This document shows, piece by piece, positions 15,584-25,434 of a stretch of 64,000 nucleotides of DNA. Every line of letters begins with the position of its first letter. Position 1 is the stretch's first letter. The notes under the pieces were generated by a model. It worked only from the letters and a program-made list of their open reading frames with translations. It searched no databases and was not told where the DNA came from. The DNA comes from Candidatus Woesearchaeota archaeon (lineage in GTDB: Archaea; Nanobdellota; Nanobdellia; SCGC-AAA011-G17; UBA489): positions 10,281 to 74,280 of the forward strand of contig JAGVZA010000005.1 in assembly GCA_018302985.1 (NCBI GenBank), read 5' to 3'. The position numbers and the translations under genes were made by a program.

Positions 15584-16528
15584 TTATGCTACTGCATTAT
15601 CTACAGTTAATTGTGTTACTACAGCAGTTCTATACATATAATCTAGCTGTACTAAGACTAAATTCTGGAAAGTAACATCTTGTAAGCTAGTAGTATCAAT
15701 AGTGCAAGTAATATCCTTCTCTTTATTGACTAATCTAATAACACCGCTGTTCTGGTTGTTGAGTTGAGAACATTCAACTGTGAAAGCTCGTTCTGGAGAA
15801 GTTAAAGTGACTTTAACCATGTCTTTCAAATTGTCTTGACCGGCACAAACATTCGTGAAAGCATTAGGCTCATACACTACACCTGTGCCCATGTTCTTGA
15901 CTTTGAAGCTTAGCTTGACTCTGCTAGCGCCAACAGAAGTCTGTCGTAAATCAGTAGCTTGTAAAGGTCCAGCAGAATTGTGAAGAGCGACACTAGGTGC
16001 ATTAACATCACAAACATCATTCACACTCTTACGAGCAACAACGTTTTTCTTTAAGCAAAGATTAGCAACTGCTTTAGTTTGATAAGTGTAACAAATATCT
16101 GCGCGTATTTGAGTAGTAAAGGAAGCTGGAATATCAATAGTATATTTTGCTTCACCAAATTCTAAGGATTCTTCTGAACCTGGTTGAACTAAATCTAATT
16201 CCTTGGAGGCACCCATAATTTCGCGTGCATTAACAACATTCAAAGAACGTAAATTAAATGAGGCTTGAGGTATACCGCTTAAAGAAGCAATCAAACTATT
16301 TTTAGGAACAGTAAATTCTCCGCTGTTTTTTAAGAGAAGAGTAATGAAGAAAGTTTCTTGACCATTGTCTAAGACATGAGTAGGAGGTTCATTTTCAAAA
16401 AAAGCTACATCAACTGCCTGTGTCCCTCCTATAAAAGGAGAATCATTTTTAGATTGTTGAGATCCGCCGCCCTGACATCCTGCAAGCACTAGTGCTACAA
16501 GAGCAAGGAAAATAAAGCCTCTTTTCAT
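15584..16528 (-). CDS. secreted lipobox-like protein, 314 aa (envelope paralog)
   Basis: MKRGFIFLALVALVLAGC signal. Shares the FxxNxPP segment and a C-terminal CT-x-D domain with 16593..17639 and 17626..19191. Confidence 0.55.
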   Translation of the reverse strand: MKRGFIFLALVALVLAGCQGGGSQQSKNDSPFIGGTQAVDVAFFENEPPTHVLDNGQETFFITLLLKNSGEFTVPKNSLIASLSGIPQASFNLRSLNVVNAREIMGASKELDLVQPGSEESLEFGEAKYTIDIPASFTTQIRADICYTYQTKAVANLCLKKNVVARKSVNDVCDVNAPSVALHNSAGPLQATDLRQTSVGASRVKLSFKVKNMGTGVVYEPNAFTNVCAGQDNLKDMVKVTLTSPERAFTVECSQLNNQNSGVIRLVNKEKDITCTIDTTSLQDVTFQNLVLVQLDYMYRTAVVTQLTVDNAVA

Positions 16529-16592
16529 TGAAAGAAACTGTGTTTCTTCTATTATTTAAACCTAACGTAAACAAAAAGCAAGAGAAAAAGAA

Positions 16593-17639
16593 CTAAGTAA
16601 AGGAATAAGGTTGCTGAGTAGAAGAGCGAAGAGGAATAGAAGGTGTAGAAAGTTCTTGCTCATAAGGATAATGCAAGGTAATTTTATATTGATAATCTTG
16701 TCTTTCTTCAAATAAAGAGTCATAGCCTGTGCAATGCACTTTTGCTTTGCCGTTGCGTAAAACTAAAGATAATGCAGATCCTTTGCCAGTTTTAAAACGC
16801 TCTTGGGAGCTAGTGCAGTCAAAAGAAATAGCTCCTCCGCTGGTAGATTCTAGTTCAAAGCTAAATTGCTGTTCATCATCTGTCGGGTGAATGCGACCGA
16901 ATTCATAACTTGATCCAGAAAAAACACCTTGTTGCTGCCATCTGTCTTCAATAGTAATATCTAAGGTAACGCCTACGCCATTGGTAATGCTGGACAAAGT
17001 ACGAACAATGTTGGTAACAGTAACAGGATCATAAGCATAACCAAATCCTAATTGTGATCCACTAAGGCTTAAAGTGGTAGGACAAGAAAAAGGCATGGTA
17101 GCTTCAAGATCGAAAGTGCAGAATTGAAAATAAGAAACAGAAGGATAATCATTAATGAGCATTTTCACAAAAAAAGAAGTGCTTGCCCCTGCATCTACAT
17201 TGCTAAATTGAAAAGTGCCATATTGCAATCCATTATCTCTTCTTCTACTGGCAGATCCAACATAAGAGTACTCAGTGCCTGGTGCTAAAAACTCTGGTCC
17301 TCGAGCAGTTTCCCGAACAAGTGCTCCTTCAAGAGTAAGAGTTTCTTGCTCAAAATTAGTAAACCCCTCATAATGAGTAGAACTTCCAACAGTAAAAGAA
17401 TCCACAGTAATAGATTCTTGATTAAAATTAAAAAATTTAAGAGCAATGCTAAACGGACCATCTAGAGCATTAAAAGGTGGATTATTAGGAAGAAATCCTA
17501 CTTGTACTCCTTTGCCACCAATCAAGCCAGTAAAAGCTGTGCCTTCACCTTGTGGTTCCTTATCAGAGGTAGAAGGAAAACTAATGCATCCAGTCAAAAA
17601 CAGAAGTAAAAAAAGAAACAGGAGATTACGCAAGAGCAT
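16593..17639 (-). CDS. secreted lipobox-like protein, 348 aa (envelope paralog)
   Basis: LLLFLTGC signal and VGFLPNNPPFNAL. 14-nt overlap with the upstream gene. Confidence 0.55.
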   Translation of the reverse strand: MLLRNLLFLFLLLFLTGCISFPSTSDKEPQGEGTAFTGLIGGKGVQVGFLPNNPPFNALDGPFSIALKFFNFNQESITVDSFTVGSSTHYEGFTNFEQETLTLEGALVRETARGPEFLAPGTEYSYVGSASRRRDNGLQYGTFQFSNVDAGASTSFFVKMLINDYPSVSYFQFCTFDLEATMPFSCPTTLSLSGSQLGFGYAYDPVTVTNIVRTLSSITNGVGVTLDITIEDRWQQQGVFSGSSYEFGRIHPTDDEQQFSFELESTSGGAISFDCTSSQERFKTGKGSALSLVLRNGKAKVHCTGYDSLFEERQDYQYKITLHYPYEQELSTPSIPLRSSTQQPYSFT

Positions 17640-19191
17640 TCACTCCAGGCAATTCTTTTTCACGGTAAATATCAACCAATCCAGATTTGCGTATAACAAC
17701 ATCATAGTCTGCTCTGGCAGTAAGTTCATAGGCTCCTAATTGTTCAGGAGGTTGTGTAACTCTATATTCACATTTGAAAGATAAAGGTATAGTAATTTGA
17801 TTTTGAGTTGTTGTATTAAGATTGAAGAGTTGTAATAAATAAGTGTTCACAGTTTTCAAGCTATCATCGCGTAAAGTCATTGCTTGTTCACCAGTAAAGT
17901 CGCATGTTGATCGTTCTTGAAGCGTATCAAAAGTTATGCCTAAAGATTCTGGATAAATAAGTTGTAAACTGTTCAGTCTTGCAATAGTGCCAAAGCGAAG
18001 TTCATTTTTGACAAATCCTACGCGAAGATTAGGATAATTGGATTCCGTAAGGGGCATTTTGCCAGTCCCCATGGTCAATAAATAAGGTCCACCACATCCT
18101 CTTCTACATTGGGGAATACTAGTCTCATCAGAGGTGCTAAAAGTAAGATCGTTTTTCACGCTGGGAATTTGCAGAAGATCATCAGGTGCTTCTGCTTCCT
18201 GCACAGTCCATAACTTAAGTCCTGCTACTTGTAACATTCTCGTTCGTGCCTCTAAGACAATACGTTTTTTCATGTATAGTCTATTGCCAACTTCTGTGCC
18301 TTCTCCTCGATCTAAGATGCCTTGCCAATTGAAAGCTGTTTGAAGAGTATGGAAAGTTAGTCCTTTAGGAAATCTGCAGCTGACAAAATGAGTGCTAGTT
18401 GCTTTTTTTGGTACATTCAGGCTTTGAAGTTTATCATTAATATAGACTTCTCCTTCTTGTACTCGCTTGCCGTCTCTATCTTCTTCATAGCAAGAAAATA
18501 AGACTATTTGATCATCATATAGCTGGGTATCTGTATTATAGAAGCCATCAATTTGTACTTTTGCATCTAGTCGTACTGGTTTCCCTTCTTGAAATGCATC
18601 TGACGCTTCAAAGCTTAAAAATTGGATGCCTTTTTGTGGTTCAGTCTCTGCAATATTAGGATTATCCCATGTAGGATAAAGAAGTTCTTTAAAACTAGAC
18701 AAAGGATTTTTGATATCGAAATTTTCTCGTGCACTCTCAAACTTCGTTTGTAACATAAGACGAATATCTTCTGTCGTTGCTGTATAAAGAAGAGAGAATA
18801 CAAGTGCAGTAACAATAAAATGTCCAAGTTTCCAGGAAAGAATAAAATAAACTGCAAGTGATCCAAAAATAAAAATAACCCAGTCAAAAGACAATAATTT
18901 AAAAACTATGGTAGAAAAAAAATAAAGAATCATCAATAATAAAGTAAATCCGCGTGGATTTCTAACAAGAGGTTTAGGTTCGGTGCTAGATCCTCCACCA
19001 CCCCCATTTTGAACAACAACTTTGGTCGTTTTTGATTTAGAACTTTTTCCTTTACCATAAATAAATCTCTCTCTTAAAATGGCAGGCAATACTGAAAGAA
19101 GTCCTGTTTGTTTCTTGGATTCTTTAACTTCTTCTCTTAATTCCTCAGTCACTTCTCTATTGTGAGGTGCTAGAATATCTTGGATTCCCAT
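17626..19191 (-). CDS. membrane-anchored extracellular protein, 521 aa (envelope paralog)
   Basis: Charged N-terminus, GGGGG linker, 3 TM helices, then a large Cys-containing ectodomain. Confidence 0.55.
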   Translation of the reverse strand: MGIQDILAPHNREVTEELREEVKESKKQTGLLSVLPAILRERFIYGKGKSSKSKTTKVVVQNGGGGGSSTEPKPLVRNPRGFTLLLMILYFFSTIVFKLLSFDWVIFIFGSLAVYFILSWKLGHFIVTALVFSLLYTATTEDIRLMLQTKFESARENFDIKNPLSSFKELLYPTWDNPNIAETEPQKGIQFLSFEASDAFQEGKPVRLDAKVQIDGFYNTDTQLYDDQIVLFSCYEEDRDGKRVQEGEVYINDKLQSLNVPKKATSTHFVSCRFPKGLTFHTLQTAFNWQGILDRGEGTEVGNRLYMKKRIVLEARTRMLQVAGLKLWTVQEAEAPDDLLQIPSVKNDLTFSTSDETSIPQCRRGCGGPYLLTMGTGKMPLTESNYPNLRVGFVKNELRFGTIARLNSLQLIYPESLGITFDTLQERSTCDFTGEQAMTLRDDSLKTVNTYLLQLFNLNTTTQNQITIPLSFKCEYRVTQPPEQLGAYELTARADYDVVIRKSGLVDIYREKELPGVNALA

Positions 19192-19215
19192 TAGTACACT
19201 CCATACAAAGAAAAG

Positions 19216-20403
19216 TTACGCAAGGAAGACATCCAAGGAAGCAACATCGAAAGCAGTCTCCGCAATAATACGTAAATTATTCTGTCCAGGAACAACATAA
19301 GAGCTAATATCAAAACTAAAATGATCTCCATAAGTATCAAGATAAAGAGGATAACCGTTCACTAAAACAGTTGCAACTTTTCTGCGATTATCAGCACCTA
19401 ATTGCAGTTCCATGAACACTGAGCCACTACCAGTAGGTACACTAAAAGAATAACCAGGAGCTTTGCCAGCATCTATATCGCCTTCAAGCAGCATGCGTTC
19501 TAAAATATACTTGCCACCATCAATGCTGAGTTCCAAAACATTTCTTCCTTCATGAAGATCGTTTCTATTGAAATCATGGCTTACTTCACCAGCATCACAC
19601 ACAATTTGTTGTTGGCTGATAACTTTGCTGTTAAGTCTAATCCAAAGAGTTCCTTTTTCGTTAGCAGTTTGGCAGTTAATAATATAAAATAAACTTAAAT
19701 GTCCGAAGCGTTGGAGATCATCTGCACTTAAAACAAAAGTTCTTTGTTCAGTAGTATGCGCTAGGGTATAAGTTTTAAACAGGGTCACGTCTCGTAAGAC
19801 ATAGCTGCTTCTGCTAAAGCCTCCAGAAACTGAAAAGGTAATATGATTAACACTACGTATAGAAGAAGCAGGAAGTTGTAAAGGCAATTGTGAACTAGTA
19901 AGAGGACCACTAAAAATTTCTCTGTCATTCAAGGAAATAGTAATGCTGCCTTCAGCTTTCTCTAGAAAAAATAAGAGGCGAACATTGTCAAGAGGAGCAT
20001 CTTGTGAAACTTTAAAAATGAGTTCTTTTTCAGTGCCTGAGAAAAATCCTCCGCTAACATCAAGAGATTTTGCAAGGAGTTCTTCATCTTTATCTTGATC
20101 TGTATATAAAGAAACTGAAGCTAAGGGTTTTGCATAAATTTTTTGACCAAAGGGTTGAAGCTCGCCTATGCTTTGACTAAAAAGTATTTCTTGCTGTGTT
20201 GGACCATAACTGCCGCCATAATTTGGCTTTCCAGAGGAAGGATAATAACCAGAACTTGGCTGACCCACTAATTCTTCTTTTTGTCCTTCAGGAAGAAGAA
20301 CGATATATATCAATAAAAATAAACCAATAAATAAAATCAGATAATAAGCATTAAGAGATTCAGGTAAATCTACTCCTCCTTTTCTGCTAAAGCCCCTTTT
20401 CAC
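19216..20403 (-). CDS. N-terminally anchored extracellular protein, 395 aa
   Basis: MKRGFSRKGG..YYLILFIGLFLLIYIVLL anchor, Gly/Tyr/Ser/Pro linker, then a beta-rich domain. TATA box about 25 nt upstream. Confidence 0.55.
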   Translation of the reverse strand: MKRGFSRKGGVDLPESLNAYYLILFIGLFLLIYIVLLPEGQKEELVGQPSSGYYPSSGKPNYGGSYGPTQQEILFSQSIGELQPFGQKIYAKPLASVSLYTDQDKDEELLAKSLDVSGGFFSGTEKELIFKVSQDAPLDNVRLLFFLEKAEGSITISLNDREIFSGPLTSSQLPLQLPASSIRSVNHITFSVSGGFSRSSYVLRDVTLFKTYTLAHTTEQRTFVLSADDLQRFGHLSLFYIINCQTANEKGTLWIRLNSKVISQQQIVCDAGEVSHDFNRNDLHEGRNVLELSIDGGKYILERMLLEGDIDAGKAPGYSFSVPTGSGSVFMELQLGADNRRKVATVLVNGYPLYLDTYGDHFSFDISSYVVPGQNNLRIIAETAFDVASLDVFLA

Positions 20404-20509
20404 TAGTCAGAGTGAACTGAGAGATTATTTAAACCTTACGACAGGAATTCTGCTCTAAAAATCAACTAAAACAAAGTATTAATATAGCTTAAAGAGGTTG
20501 TCCAAAAAT

Positions 20510-21583
20510 ATGAGAATCTTAAAAGACAATCAAAAGCGTGGAGAAGTCTTAGTCAAAGTGACAACGCTCGATGATTTATGGTATCTCAGTCAAGTTTTGG
20601 ATAAGCATGATTTCGTAACTGGGGATACTGTCAGAAAGATAAAATTAGGAAATGGTGAAGAGGGAAAAACACAAATTATCAAAAAACATGCTCGCATCAC
20701 TGTGGAAGTAGAAAAAGTAGAGTTCCATAAATATACTAACGCATTAAGAATCAATGGAAAAATAAAGGAAGGTCCAGAAGACGTGCAAAGAGGAGCTTTC
20801 CATACTATTAATGTAGAAGAAAATGATACTTTGCTTATAGTCAAAGAGCACTGGCACAAATATCAAAGAGATAAACTGAAAGAAGCTTGTAAAGAAAAGC
20901 TCCCTAAGATTCTTATCTGTGTATTGGAAAGAAAAGAAGTATCCTTCGCTTTGCTCAAAAGATATGGTTATGAATATATTAGTGACTTCGAAGGAGAAGT
21001 GCAAGAAAAAGCTTTTCCAAATATAAAAAAAGATGCTACTTTCTATGCTGACATTGTAAAGCGATTGCAAGAATATGATCAGCGCTATAAGTTAGACAAG
21101 CTCATAGTTGCTTCCCCAGCATTCTGGAAAGAAGAATTCAATAAAGAAGTAGTAAAGCGTGCGCCAGATCTAAAAAAGAAAATACTCTACACAGTATGTC
21201 ATACTACAGGAAAAAGTGCTATGCATGAAGTGCTCAAAAGTGATGAAATTAAAAAAGCATTAAAGGATGAAAGAATTATTGAAGAAATACAATTAGTGCA
21301 GGAAGTATTCAAAGAGATTGCTAAAAATGGCAATGCTGTCTATGGCATGCGGGAAGTCCAAGAAGCTGCAGATATAGGTGCTATAAAAATATTATTAGTA
21401 ACTGATGAACTCATTCAGCAGCTAAGACAGTCAGAAAGTTATGAACCTCTAGATAACATCATGAAAACAGTGGAAGCTGCAGGCGGAGAAATTCATATTA
21501 TCACTGCAGAGCATCAGGCAGGACAAGAATTACAAGGAATTACAGGCATAGCTGCTATTACTCGTTATAAAATAAAAGAATAA
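20510..21583 (+). CDS. pelA: mRNA surveillance protein Pelota (Dom34)
   Basis: MRILKDNQKRGEVLVKVTTLDDLWYLSQVL N-domain and eRF1-like C-domains. Start moved to the ATG at 20510 (the track uses an upstream TTG). Confidence 0.9.
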   Translation: MRILKDNQKRGEVLVKVTTLDDLWYLSQVLDKHDFVTGDTVRKIKLGNGEEGKTQIIKKHARITVEVEKVEFHKYTNALRINGKIKEGPEDVQRGAFHTINVEENDTLLIVKEHWHKYQRDKLKEACKEKLPKILICVLERKEVSFALLKRYGYEYISDFEGEVQEKAFPNIKKDATFYADIVKRLQEYDQRYKLDKLIVASPAFWKEEFNKEVVKRAPDLKKKILYTVCHTTGKSAMHEVLKSDEIKKALKDERIIEEIQLVQEVFKEIAKNGNAVYGMREVQEAADIGAIKILLVTDELIQQLRQSESYEPLDNIMKTVEAAGGEIHIITAEHQAGQELQGITGIAAITRYKIKE

Positions 21584-21606
21584 AAAGAAAAAATAAAAAA
21601 GAAGAA

Positions 21607-22107
21607 TTAAGGATGACCAGGGACTGTGCCTGCTGGTGTTGGACCAGGAGGAGTTGCTGCTGGAGTAGCTGGTGTTGGAGGTTGTCCTGCTGCTGGTGCT
21701 GGCTGTTGTCTTCCAATACCTAGCATATATTTAGCGGCAATACCACAAACAGCTGCGAATGCTAAAGGAATAGCTTCAGCTGTACACTCTGCTACAAGTT
21801 TTGCTAATCCATAAGTAGGATTGCTATCAGCACCAAAAGTTCTCATAAAATTATTACCATAAACTGCCAAAAGACCTAAACCACGACCTAATTGCTTAGG
21901 AATAATGCCTGACTCTCCTAAATAGACACAAGTCATACCTAGAGCATCATCGATTGCGTCTTTAGGCATAGAAAGTCCTTGAAGATAATTCTCTACAGTT
22001 CTTGCTGTATTTTGAGGAATGCCAGATCTATTATAAAAAGTTGCCAGAGAAGTCATTACAGCGCCAGCTGTAACCACATGTATTGCTATTGATGTTGATT
22101 TTTTCAT
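21607..22107 (-). CDS. hypothetical membrane-associated protein with a Pro/Ala/Thr-rich C-terminal tail
   Basis: 166 aa. The tail QQPAPAAGQPPTPATPAATPPGPTPAGTVPGHP is encoded by a locally GC-rich stretch. Confidence 0.45.
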   Translation of the reverse strand: MKKSTSIAIHVVTAGAVMTSLATFYNRSGIPQNTARTVENYLQGLSMPKDAIDDALGMTCVYLGESGIIPKQLGRGLGLLAVYGNNFMRTFGADSNPTYGLAKLVAECTAEAIPLAFAAVCGIAAKYMLGIGRQQPAPAAGQPPTPATPAATPPGPTPAGTVPGHP

Positions 22108-22198
22108 GATTGTATTTATCCTCCCAATGAATAAAAAATTGAAGTATACTGGAGTATATAAATCTTTCTAATTGTAGTAACTAGGGAGTAGTATCCAT

Positions 22199-23275
22199 TT
22201 ACCAAAGAAACCTGGTGAACTGTAAAAAACGAGGCTCCAAAAGTGCCATTTTTGCCAGTAAAAGGCTAGGAAACTCCCGATCATGAGTAGTAATTAGCTT
22301 GGTTATTCTGGGTTGTTGCACCAGCCGAATCAGTTTGTTATAATCCTCTTTATGAAATCGTTGTAACATCATTTTATGAATCAAGAGATGAACCCATAAT
22401 TCAAAGCCAATGCGTTTTTTCCAAAGGTGTTCATAGCTCTTGCCAGTGACCAATGCTTTAGTGAGTTCTTCAGCAGCCATCATGCCAGGAATAATGCCTC
22501 CTAAAGTAGAAGCCTTAACTTGTGTTGCTGCATCACCAACTAAATAAACATGATCTTTTTCTGTAACAGTCTTAGGATCATACAAAGGAATAATGCCGCT
22601 CTGCCACTCCAAAATCTTTCCAGGTCGTAAATGATGAAGCTTATCAAAATAATGTTTAGGTTTGTCTAAAGAGCAAATACCCAGTCTTGCTATCTTGTTG
22701 CTCTCAGGAACCAGCCAGCCAAAATAGCCTTCATCAATAAAAAACTCAACTAGATCTTCTGCGCAATGAGTTTTAATTCTCGCTTGATGACCAATAATGA
22801 ATTTTCTTTGTCCATACATACCATTGCTCTTGGCAACTGCACTCAAAGGTCCATCTGCGCCAACTAAAAGATCAGTCTTTGAAGTTTTTCCGTTAACAAA
22901 ATGTAAAGTATGTTGTTGTCCTTGTCTTTCAGAACTGAGAAATTTATGATTGCTATGGTATTTTGCTCCATGACTTTGTGCGACTGTAGCTAAATGTGCA
23001 TCAAATTTTGTTCGATCAACAATGTAATTTTTAGGAAGAGCAATTTCCACAGATTTCCCATCAGGGCCAAAGACTTGTGTGCGGCTAATTCTATTAACGA
23101 CGAAAGAGTCATCAGGTTTCATGAGTTTGTTCAGGAAAAAAGTAGTTAGCCCAGTGCATTGGACTGGTTTCCCAATAACTTTATGTTCTTCGTAGACGTC
23201 TACGGAAAATCCTCGCTTGCAAAGTTCTGCTGCTAAATGATTCCCTACAGGTCCTGCTCCTATAATTGCTACCAT
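22199..23275 (-). CDS. geranylgeranyl reductase family FAD-dependent oxidoreductase (archaeal lipid saturation)
   Basis: MVAIIGAGPVGNHLAAELCKRGFSVDVYEE dinucleotide fold and LVGDAATQVKASTLGGI. Start moved to the ATG at 23275. Confidence 0.8.
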   Translation of the reverse strand: MVAIIGAGPVGNHLAAELCKRGFSVDVYEEHKVIGKPVQCTGLTTFFLNKLMKPDDSFVVNRISRTQVFGPDGKSVEIALPKNYIVDRTKFDAHLATVAQSHGAKYHSNHKFLSSERQGQQHTLHFVNGKTSKTDLLVGADGPLSAVAKSNGMYGQRKFIIGHQARIKTHCAEDLVEFFIDEGYFGWLVPESNKIARLGICSLDKPKHYFDKLHHLRPGKILEWQSGIIPLYDPKTVTEKDHVYLVGDAATQVKASTLGGIIPGMMAAEELTKALVTGKSYEHLWKKRIGFELWVHLLIHKMMLQRFHKEDYNKLIRLVQQPRITKLITTHDREFPSLLLAKMALLEPRFLQFTRFLW

Positions 23276-23330
23276 AAAACAAAAATGAGTAAGAACATTT
23301 ATAAGTATATCTTTGCGCAGAAAAAGGAAA

Positions 23331-24197
23331 ATGGTGATGATAGATATTTTACTTGCAAGCATAGCACTTCTTGGTTTAGGTGCTGCAAGTTGGCATGATC
23401 TGAAAACACGAGAAGTCCCTGATTGGATTACTTATGGATTAATATTTTCTGGCTTAGGTATTAGATTTATAGCTGCTCTTGGTCCAGAATCTTGGGTATA
23501 TTTCTTCAGTGCAGTAATTGCTTTAGGAATTACCTATCTCTTGGGAAGTCTCATGTATTACACAAAGCAATGGGGTGGTGGGGATGCTAAAATGATTATG
23601 GCTCTGGGAGTTATATTCTCTACGCGTCCTGCATTTGTTGCTCCTGCCATTATACCTTTTCTTGCTATACTCTGTATCAATATTGTTATTGTTGGAGCTC
23701 TCTATGGTTTAATTTGGGGGATACTTTTATCATGGAAGCATCGAAAGAAATTCACAGATAGAGCTAGAGAATTACTGCAAGAAAAAAGAATGTTAAAAAT
23801 GCGCATTATAGCGATTAGTTGTGCAATAGTAATCATAGCTGCAGCTTTCTTAGTGCAAGATCCTTTCTTAAGAATAGGTGTATTGACAGCTGGTCTTATG
23901 GTATTATTATACCCTTATTTATGGGTCTATATCAAAGCTGTTGAAAAATCTGCGATGTATAAGCATGTTAAACCACAACAACTCACTGAGGGTGATTGGG
24001 TGGAAAAGGATATTCTAGTGAATAAAAGAGTGATCTACAAAGTAAAAAATACAGGAATTGAAAAAGAAGATATTCAAAAATTGATCAAGGCTAAAATAAA
24101 AGAAGTATTAGTCAAGGAAGGTATTCCTTTCATCCCTCCATTTTTCATAGGAACGATACTAACAGTATTGCAGTGGAATATTTTAAATTTTATCTAA
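23331..24197 (+). CDS. A24-family prepilin/preflagellin peptidase (PibD/FlaK-like)
   Basis: Two catalytic Asp motifs: SWHDLKTREVPDW and WGGGDAKM. Polytopic. Start moved to the ATG at 23331. Confidence 0.8.
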   Translation: MVMIDILLASIALLGLGAASWHDLKTREVPDWITYGLIFSGLGIRFIAALGPESWVYFFSAVIALGITYLLGSLMYYTKQWGGGDAKMIMALGVIFSTRPAFVAPAIIPFLAILCINIVIVGALYGLIWGILLSWKHRKKFTDRARELLQEKRMLKMRIIAISCAIVIIAAAFLVQDPFLRIGVLTAGLMVLLYPYLWVYIKAVEKSAMYKHVKPQQLTEGDWVEKDILVNKRVIYKVKNTGIEKEDIQKLIKAKIKEVLVKEGIPFIPPFFIGTILTVLQWNILNFI

Positions 24198-24877
24198 AAA
24201 TCAGCAAAGGGTTCATCAGTGTTTTCTTCAAGCAGGTCTGAAGAGGAAGTCTTGGTATTAGGAGGAGTTGATGGTTGTGGTTCTGAAGCTTTTTGTTCTA
24301 AGGAAGAAAGCTGCGGTGCAATTTGTTGTTGAAGTTGTTGTAAACTTTCCTGTGAAGCGGGCTTTCCTTGCCAAGTAAGAGAAACTCCATCATCTTTGTA
24401 GCGAGGAATCACATGTAACAAGACATGATCTACTGTTTGCCCAGCAAGAGTGCCATTAGCAACAAATAAATTAGTTCCTTCACAACCTTCTAAATTTTCA
24501 AGAACTCCTGTTACTGTATGTGCTAAAGAGAAAAGCTTATTGGATTGTTCTCCTTGTAAAGAAGAAAAGTCAGCTATATGTTGTTTGGGAAATAGTACTG
24601 TGTGCCCTTTCGTTGCTGGCCTGATATCTAACACTGCCATGACCATATAATCTTCATATAAGACAACAGCATCTAATTTTTTTTGAACTATTAAGCAAAA
24701 AGGACAACTAGAGCCTTGCTTTGCTGTTTGACCTTGCTGTTCTTGCAAATATTTTATTTGTTCTGGAGAAAGTGTTTTCAAAAAATCTGGTAAAATTTTC
24801 TTTTGTTCTTCTGGTGGTAATTTAGAGATTTCAGTGAGTCGTTGAAGTTGTTCTGGAGAGAAAGGTGTTTCAGCCAT
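24194..24877 (-). CDS. HIT-family nucleotide hydrolase/transferase with N- and C-terminal extensions
   Basis: Histidine triad region VDHVLLHVIPRY and GHTVLFPKQH. Confidence 0.75.
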   Translation of the reverse strand: MAETPFSPEQLQRLTEISKLPPEEQKKILPDFLKTLSPEQIKYLQEQQGQTAKQGSSCPFCLIVQKKLDAVVLYEDYMVMAVLDIRPATKGHTVLFPKQHIADFSSLQGEQSNKLFSLAHTVTGVLENLEGCEGTNLFVANGTLAGQTVDHVLLHVIPRYKDDGVSLTWQGKPASQESLQQLQQQIAPQLSSLEQKASEPQPSTPPNTKTSSSDLLEENTDEPFADF

Positions 24878-25152
24878 CAGCCCAAAGCCCTGCCAACATT
24901 GACAACTTCCACATTCATGATGCCAGCTATAGCTTTAATCTGATCTTCAAGGACATCAGTAGATCCTTTGTTCTCGTCCATAGAAAAAGTCATTTTTAAC
25001 GCAACAAGTCCAAAACCAATAGGTTCTTTCTCAACACGCATCATTCTGCCGCCATATTTTTCAATAGCTTCCTTAGATGATTGTTCTATTTGAGTTAAAG
25101 AAACATCCACGCCTTCAGGCATGATTTTCAAAGTGACGATGACATAAGCCAT
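24877..25152 (-). CDS. ef1b: elongation factor 1-beta (aEF-1beta)
   Basis: 91 aa. VIVTLKIMPEGVDVSL...EPIGFGLVALKMTFSMDE is typical of aEF-1beta. Confidence 0.85.
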   Translation of the reverse strand: MAYVIVTLKIMPEGVDVSLTQIEQSSKEAIEKYGGRMMRVEKEPIGFGLVALKMTFSMDENKGSTDVLEDQIKAIAGIMNVEVVNVGRALG

Positions 25153-25154
25153 AG

Positions 25155-25328
25155 TTAGTTAGGACCTGAAAATTGGCAATTAGGACAGGTATAGCGTGCT
25201 GCAATCCTTCGACAGTAGAAGCAACGAACAATAAGGTGTTTTTCACACTGTGGACAGTTAAAAGAAGCATTGCCTTTAACATTTTCAAGGGGACGATGGC
25301 ACGTCATGCATTGTAATTGTTTTTCCAT
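25155..25328 (-). CDS. Zn-ribbon protein conserved next to aEF-1beta (COG2888-like; 57 aa, not in ORF track)
   Basis: Manual translation gives MEKQLQCMTCHRPLENVKGNASFNCPQCEKHLIVRCFYCRRIAARYTCPNCQFSGPN, with four CxxC pairs. TATA box about 25 nt upstream. Confidence 0.8.
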   Translation of the reverse strand: MEKQLQCMTCHRPLENVKGNASFNCPQCEKHLIVRCFYCRRIAARYTCPNCQFSGPN

Positions 25329-25434
25329 AAAGTGATGCCCAAATATACATTTATAAACCTTACCTTAGTTAGAGCATACCCTATAGTTAAGGATGAATAG
25401 TTAAAAATATAAATAGATATATGAATAAAAAAAG

